Below are positions 15,826 through 20,000 of a DNA stretch of 20,000 nucleotides, one piece after another. Within the stretch, counting starts at the first letter, position 1. The number at the start of each line of letters is the position of its first letter. The translations under genes were made by a program, and so were the position numbers. The notes under the pieces are model-generated. The model saw only the letters and a program-made list of their open reading frames with translations, was not told the DNA's origin and made no database searches. Source of the stretch: an uncultured virus (IMG/VR IMGVR_UViG_3300044612_002649). Taxonomy: Duplodnaviria > Heunggongvirae > Uroviricota > Caudoviricetes. Location: the IMG/VR virus record IMGVR_UViG_3300044612_002649. One strand, written 5' to 3'.

Positions 15826-16263
15826 TTATTTAATTTCGATTTTTCTTGGTTGTAACGTTTCAGGGATTATACGCTCAATTTTAATTTTAAGCAACCCATC
15901 TTTTACTTCTGCTTCTCGAACTTCCATGAATTCTGCTAATGCATAAGTCTGTTCAAAATCACGTGATGCTAATCCACGATGTAAATACTCCCAATCAGCT
16001 GACTCTACTTTATCACTGTGCGTACCTGTGATTTTAAGAATATTTGACCCTGCTGAATGCGAACTATCAATCATAACAGAGATATCGTCTTTTGTAAAGC
16101 CTGATACAGCTAATTCAATGCCATAGTTCAAATCATCATATTTTATGATGTTATGCGGTGGATAACTACTAGTGTTAAAATTAATACGTGAATTAAAAAG
16201 GCTATCAAAGCCAATTAAAGTTTTAGCTAACACTGATGCGTCTATTGGTCTTAATGTTGTCAT
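15826..16263 (-). CDS. Small heat shock protein (Hsp20/IbpA-like)
   Basis: IGFD, SYPPHNI, IELAVSGF, YLHRGLASRDF, DGLLKI, PRKIEI. Confidence 0.93.
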   Translation of the reverse strand: MTTLRPIDASVLAKTLIGFDSLFNSRINFNTSSYPPHNIIKYDDLNYGIELAVSGFTKDDISVMIDSSHSAGSNILKITGTHSDKVESADWEYLHRGLASRDFEQTYALAEFMEVREAEVKDGLLKIKIERIIPETLQPRKIEIK

Positions 16264-16320
16264 GCTTGTCTCCTTATTTAAGCAAGAAGCTCATAACACC
16301 CAATTTGGCATGTTATGAGC
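16264..16320 (-). promoter_or_regulatory. ROSE-like RNA thermometer in the hsp20 5' UTR
   Basis: mRNA: stem GCUCAUAACA...UGUUAUGAGC, then UCUUGCUU-aaau-AAGGAGA-caagc-AUG. The U(U/C)GCU motif pairs with the SD, leaving the bulged G. Confidence 0.72.
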
Positions 16321-16337
16321 ATATATCACACTTGTGA

Positions 16338-18227
16338 TTAAACCTCTTTGAATTCCGCATTCATGGAATCATCACCGCCTTCGGTTGTTGACGGATTATT
16401 TGCTTGTTCAGCTTCTTGTTTTTTTGCAAAAACCGGAGTGGCTGCTTCAAACAATTTTTGTATCGATTGTTGAATTTCTTCGACATTATCGCCGCTATTG
16501 GCTTTTTCAAGATTTTCGACAGCTGATTGAAATGCTGATTTTTCTTCATCAGTTAATTGATCTTTTACTTCATCAAAGTCTTTTTGCAAAGAGTGACGTT
16601 GTGATTCTGCTTGGTTACGTGCTTCAATCAACTCTTTTTGTTTTTTATCTGCATCGGCATTTTCTTCAGCGTCTTTCACCATACGTTGAATTTCTTCCTC
16701 AGTTAAACCTGAATCCGATTTAATGGTGATGTTATTCTTCTTACCAGTGCCCTTATCCGCTGCTGAAATGTGCATAATACCATTTGCATCAATATCAAAA
16801 GTTACTTCGATTTGTGGAATGCCGCGTGGTGCAGGTGGAATTCCATCTAAATTAAATTCACCCAACTGTTTGTTATATCTATATAAATCACGTTCACCTT
16901 GCCCAACTTTAATAGTTACGGCTGGCTGGTTATCATCCGCTGTTGAGAATGTTTGACTCGCTTTAGTTGGGATTGTAGTATTCTTTTGAATCAATTTGGT
17001 AAAAACGCCACCCATTGTTTCAATACCAAGTGACAACGGTGTTACATCTAGTAACAATACATCGGTTTTATCACCTGCTAAAACTGCACCTTGGATTGCT
17101 GCACCAGCTGCCACTGCTTCGTCTGGATTTACGTCTTTACGCGGTGTTTTACCAAATAATTTTTCAACCGCTTCTTGTAATTTTGGAATTCGAGTGGATC
17201 CACCAATTAAAATTACATCGTCGATATCATTAACTGACATATTTGCATCTTTAAGCGCAGTTTTACATGGTGCAATACTACGCTCAATCAAATCATCAAT
17301 TAATGATTCAAATTTTGCCCTAGTAATGGATACGTTTAAATGTTTTGGGCCAGAAGCATCTGCGGTGATATATGGTAGATTGACCGTGGTCTGCATAGTA
17401 CTAGACAATTCAATTTTAGCTTTTTCAGCTGCTTCTTTCAACCGTTGTAGTGCAATAACGTCATCTTGTAAATTGATACCTGTCTCATTTTTGAATTCTG
17501 AATTCAAAAATTCAATAAGACGGTTATCAAAATCTGATCCACCTAGATGGGTATCACCATTGGTGGATAATACCTCAAACTGTTGCTCGCCATCAACATT
17601 TGCAATTTCAATCACTGAGATGTCATGAGTGCCCGAACCAGTGTCCCAAATTAATACTTTTTTGTCGATTGTTGATTGTTTGTCAAGTCCAAACGCTAAT
17701 GACCCAGCAGTAGGTTCATTAATAATTCGATCTACCGTGAGACCTGCAATTCTTCCTGAATCTTTAGTTGCGGCTCGTTGAGCGTCGTTAAAATATGCAG
17801 GCACTGTTATAACTGCATTTGTGACTTCGTAACCAAGATATTCTTCTGCAGTTTTCTTCATTTTTCGAAGAATCTCTGCTGATACTTGTTGCGGTGATAG
17901 TCGAACACCATTTACTTCAACCCATGCATCACCATTTTCCGCTTCAACTACTTTATATGGTAGTGTTTTGATGCTGTTTTGTACTTCTGGATCTTTGAAC
18001 TTACGACCGATTAATCGTTTTACTTCATAAATTGTGTTGGTTGGATTGGTGACTGCTTGTCTTTTTGCAGCAGCACCTACTAGAATTTCATTGTCTGCGT
18101 ATGTGACAATACTTGGTGTGGTTCTGGAACCTTCTGAGTTTTCAATAATTTTATATGTACCGTTTTCAAAAACAGCAACACATGAAACACCTGTACCTAA
18201 ATCTATACCAATTGTAACTTTTTTCAT
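16338..18227 (-). CDS. dnaK: Chaperone DnaK (Hsp70)
   Basis: [74 protein letters not shown]-terminal AEFKEV. Confidence 0.97.
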   Translation of the reverse strand: MKKVTIGIDLGTGVSCVAVFENGTYKIIENSEGSRTTPSIVTYADNEILVGAAAKRQAVTNPTNTIYEVKRLIGRKFKDPEVQNSIKTLPYKVVEAENGDAWVEVNGVRLSPQQVSAEILRKMKKTAEEYLGYEVTNAVITVPAYFNDAQRAATKDSGRIAGLTVDRIINEPTAGSLAFGLDKQSTIDKKVLIWDTGSGTHDISVIEIANVDGEQQFEVLSTNGDTHLGGSDFDNRLIEFLNSEFKNETGINLQDDVIALQRLKEAAEKAKIELSSTMQTTVNLPYITADASGPKHLNVSITRAKFESLIDDLIERSIAPCKTALKDANMSVNDIDDVILIGGSTRIPKLQEAVEKLFGKTPRKDVNPDEAVAAGAAIQGAVLAGDKTDVLLLDVTPLSLGIETMGGVFTKLIQKNTTIPTKASQTFSTADDNQPAVTIKVGQGERDLYRYNKQLGEFNLDGIPPAPRGIPQIEVTFDIDANGIMHISAADKGTGKKNNITIKSDSGLTEEEIQRMVKDAEENADADKKQKELIEARNQAESQRHSLQKDFDEVKDQLTDEEKSAFQSAVENLEKANSGDNVEEIQQSIQKLFEAATPVFAKKQEAEQANNPSTTEGGDDSMNAEFKEV

Positions 18228-18311
18228 ATTGTATTCTCCTATATTAAGCGAGTTGTTAATGGCAGTATGCCGTATAATAAACCCATGCGGCGTTTATTAT
18301 GATTTATTTAT
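18228..18311 (-). promoter_or_regulatory. dnaK leader: ATAAATA motif, two hairpins and a ROSE-like SD-occluding hairpin
   Basis: ATAAATA at 18311-18305; AUAAUAAAC...GUUUAUUAU stem; GGCA-uac-UGCC; CUCGCU-uaauau-AGGAG-aauacaau-AUG. Confidence 0.62.
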
Positions 18312-18388
18312 CTTTATCTTATCATTTTTAACAATTTCTATCAATGTATTTTTACGTTGAACCGTAATACATTGAGGATATAATGCGA

Positions 18389-18417
18389 ATTATACACTAA
18401 AAATCTCATAATGTCAA
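18389..18417 (-). promoter_or_regulatory. Perfect sigma70-type promoter upstream of dnaK
   Basis: TTGACA (18417-18412), 17-nt spacer, TATAAT (18394-18389). The -35 overlaps the TGA stop of the methyltransferase gene. Confidence 0.82.
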
Positions 18418-20000
18418 GCAATTTTTAATACCGGCATTGGAATATATTGCAGATACTTTTTACTATTGCTTGCATTCACTGTTTTTACATTCGCCACTAG
18501 TTTAATGATTTCATCTGATTCGAGATAATTTTTCATTACTAGCGCATTCTCCTCAGAATCTAACTTAAGGCAATTAACACTGCCACTTAAATGAGTGCCT
18601 GGTTCTGCGATTATTAGTTTACCGAGTTTTCCTGTGGATTCAGTTGAATTGAATACAACCCGCCAGAAATTGGATGTGTCATCATTAATTCTGTTTATCA
18701 GGTCTTCATCGTTAGTGTATCTTATTTTCCCGGTAGTAACAACCATTTTGTACTTCCCATTATCTAATAGTTCAGATTCAAATTGATTTCTATCAAGTGA
18801 CCCTGGTTGGACTCTCATAATCGAACCAATATTATTGGCTGGTACTTCATATGAATGATTATAAAATTTATCATTAACGTCTGAAACGGTAGTTGATCTA
18901 TCAAAATAAAATGCACATGGATTAGAGGATATATTTGTGAAGTATTCTTTACATGAATCTATTTCATATAATCCTTTTTCAATATACTCTTTTTTGGATT
19001 TACTAGAATAGGTTTTCCCACCATATGGCATAATAGATACAACAAAGGTATCTGCGATAGTTAATGCCAATTGTGTGCATTTTTTTGCAAGATTATCACC
19101 TTGGCCTCGGTGTTTATAGCCATCTCTGCTTGTATCATCTGCGTTGAATGGTGGGTTAGTTAGAATTACATTGACCTGTTCTATAGTTGGGGCATTGAGA
19201 AAATCATAGTTAGTGATATTTTTTTCTGGAATATTTAAACTCAACTTTTGATTCATAACACAGAAAAATTCATGCCACTCACCATCGATATCATTGTAAA
19301 ACACTTTGGTTGGATCGATATCTTGCCCAAATTCCTTTGCAATTTTGAATAATTCTAGTAAAAACCCGCCTCTTCCAGCACATGGGTCATAAAATGATAG
19401 CTCATTTAGTGACAGCCCATTAGCAATCAATTTGGAAAGTGTATTAGTTATAACTTCTCTGATTAAATCGTTTGATTCGGCTATAAAACTAATTTCTGAT
19501 CTATGTATTGGATCTTCAAATAATTCTAGAAGTTTTTCACTATCATGTTTGCTATCATTTAATTTCTGAATCCATCTATTGGTATATGCAATATCAATTT
19601 CTGAATTATCTGACATCACAATTGGGAAATACTCAACGCCTTTCCCAACAAATTTCAAGATTTGATGATTATTAGACTGTAATGCTTCTTCAACTAAATC
19701 TACACATTCTTTTACTGTTTGGGTATTATGGATAAATGCAAAAAGACGACATTTTGCAACAAATTTTAACTTCATATTGTTCCAATTAAGTTTTCGATCA
19801 TTAGGTGAATCAAATGGAATTCCTTGTTGAATACATACAGTTTCTCGTTGCTTATTCTTTGCATCTGGGTTTCCATTATCCACTAACTGCTCAACTTGAC
19901 CCTCCGCTGATACTGCATTATGAAATTTATATTCAAAATCTACAGGTGCATCGGTAATTTTAATACATTGATTAACACCATACGCACCTTTTGCACTACA
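18414..20000 (-). CDS. N6-adenine DNA methyltransferase-domain protein (Eco57I/gamma-class-like), 5'-truncated by the window edge
   Basis: Motif I YDPCAGRGGF precedes motif IV TNPPF, followed by a TRD-like C-terminus. The frame stays open from the GTG at 19883 to 20000 (CSAKGAYGVNQCIKITDAP...), so the real start is outside the window. Confidence 0.82.
   Translation of the reverse strand, partial: CSAKGAYGVNQCIKITDAPVDFEYKFHNAVSAEGQVEQLVDNGNPDAKNKQRETVCIQQGIPFDSPNDRKLNWNNMKLKFVAKCRLFAFIHNTQTVKECVDLVEEALQSNNHQILKFVGKGVEYFPIVMSDNSEIDIAYTNRWIQKLNDSKHDSEKLLELFEDPIHRSEISFIAESNDLIREVITNTLSKLIANGLSLNELSFYDPCAGRGGFLLELFKIAKEFGQDIDPTKVFYNDIDGEWHEFFCVMNQKLSLNIPEKNITNYDFLNAPTIEQVNVILTNPPFNADDTSRDGYKHRGQGDNLAKKCTQLALTIADTFVVSIMPYGGKTYSSKSKKEYIEKGLYEIDSCKEYFTNISSNPCAFYFDRSTTVSDVNDKFYNHSYEVPANNIGSIMRVQPGSLDRNQFESELLDNGKYKMVVTTGKIRYTNDEDLINRINDDTSNFWRVVFNSTESTGKLGKLIIAEPGTHLSGSVNCLKLDSEENALVMKNYLESDEIIKLVANVKTVNASNSKKYLQYIPMPVLKIA

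Noticed and set aside
16361..18360. ORFs overlapping dnaK, including the 210-aa plus-strand ORF 16996-17628
   Set aside because: Long antisense frames are a well-known by-product of hsp70 codon usage; no independent support.
1..20000. CRISPR array, tandem DNA repeats or stop-codon recoding
   Set aside because: No regularly spaced direct repeats were seen; curlin and NUMOD3 repeats are protein-level only. The recognised genes are full length in code 11 and end in TAA, TGA or TAG.

Overview
AT-rich, gene-dense window read in the standard genetic code. It looks like an accessory region of a large (T4-like/jumbo) phage, probably of a beta/gammaproteobacterium. That origin is inferred from a recurring TAAATA late-promoter-like motif, a free-standing HNH-NUMOD3 endonuclease, a heme oxygenase + bilin reductase cassette and the mix of host-like genes; no virion gene is in the window. 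From left to right: (1) a Ter/tellurite-stress cluster (partial TerD missed by the ORF track, DUF475/TerC-like, vWA, TelA); (2) a circularly permuted two-piece tmRNA gene with an 83-nt intervening segment and a 20-aa tag ANDSKFEFYTVDGIFDAIAA, preceded by a structured leader, two consensus sigma70 promoters and an unannotated 23-aa basic ORF; (3) three paralogous small membrane proteins, an HNH homing endonuclease, a small basic protein and a DUF4337-like protein; (4) a structured intergenic element; (5) a co-oriented module CsgF-CsgG-curlin-FecR-PA14/curlin-RimK-CHASE2 adenylate cyclase, the best candidate for an uncharacterised trans-envelope signalling system; (6) a bilin reductase, heme oxygenase, ClpS, Hsp20 and DnaK, with ROSE-like RNA thermometers before both hsp20 and dnaK; (7) a 5'-truncated N6-adenine methyltransferase. 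Family calls come from motif recognition by eye, not from database searches.
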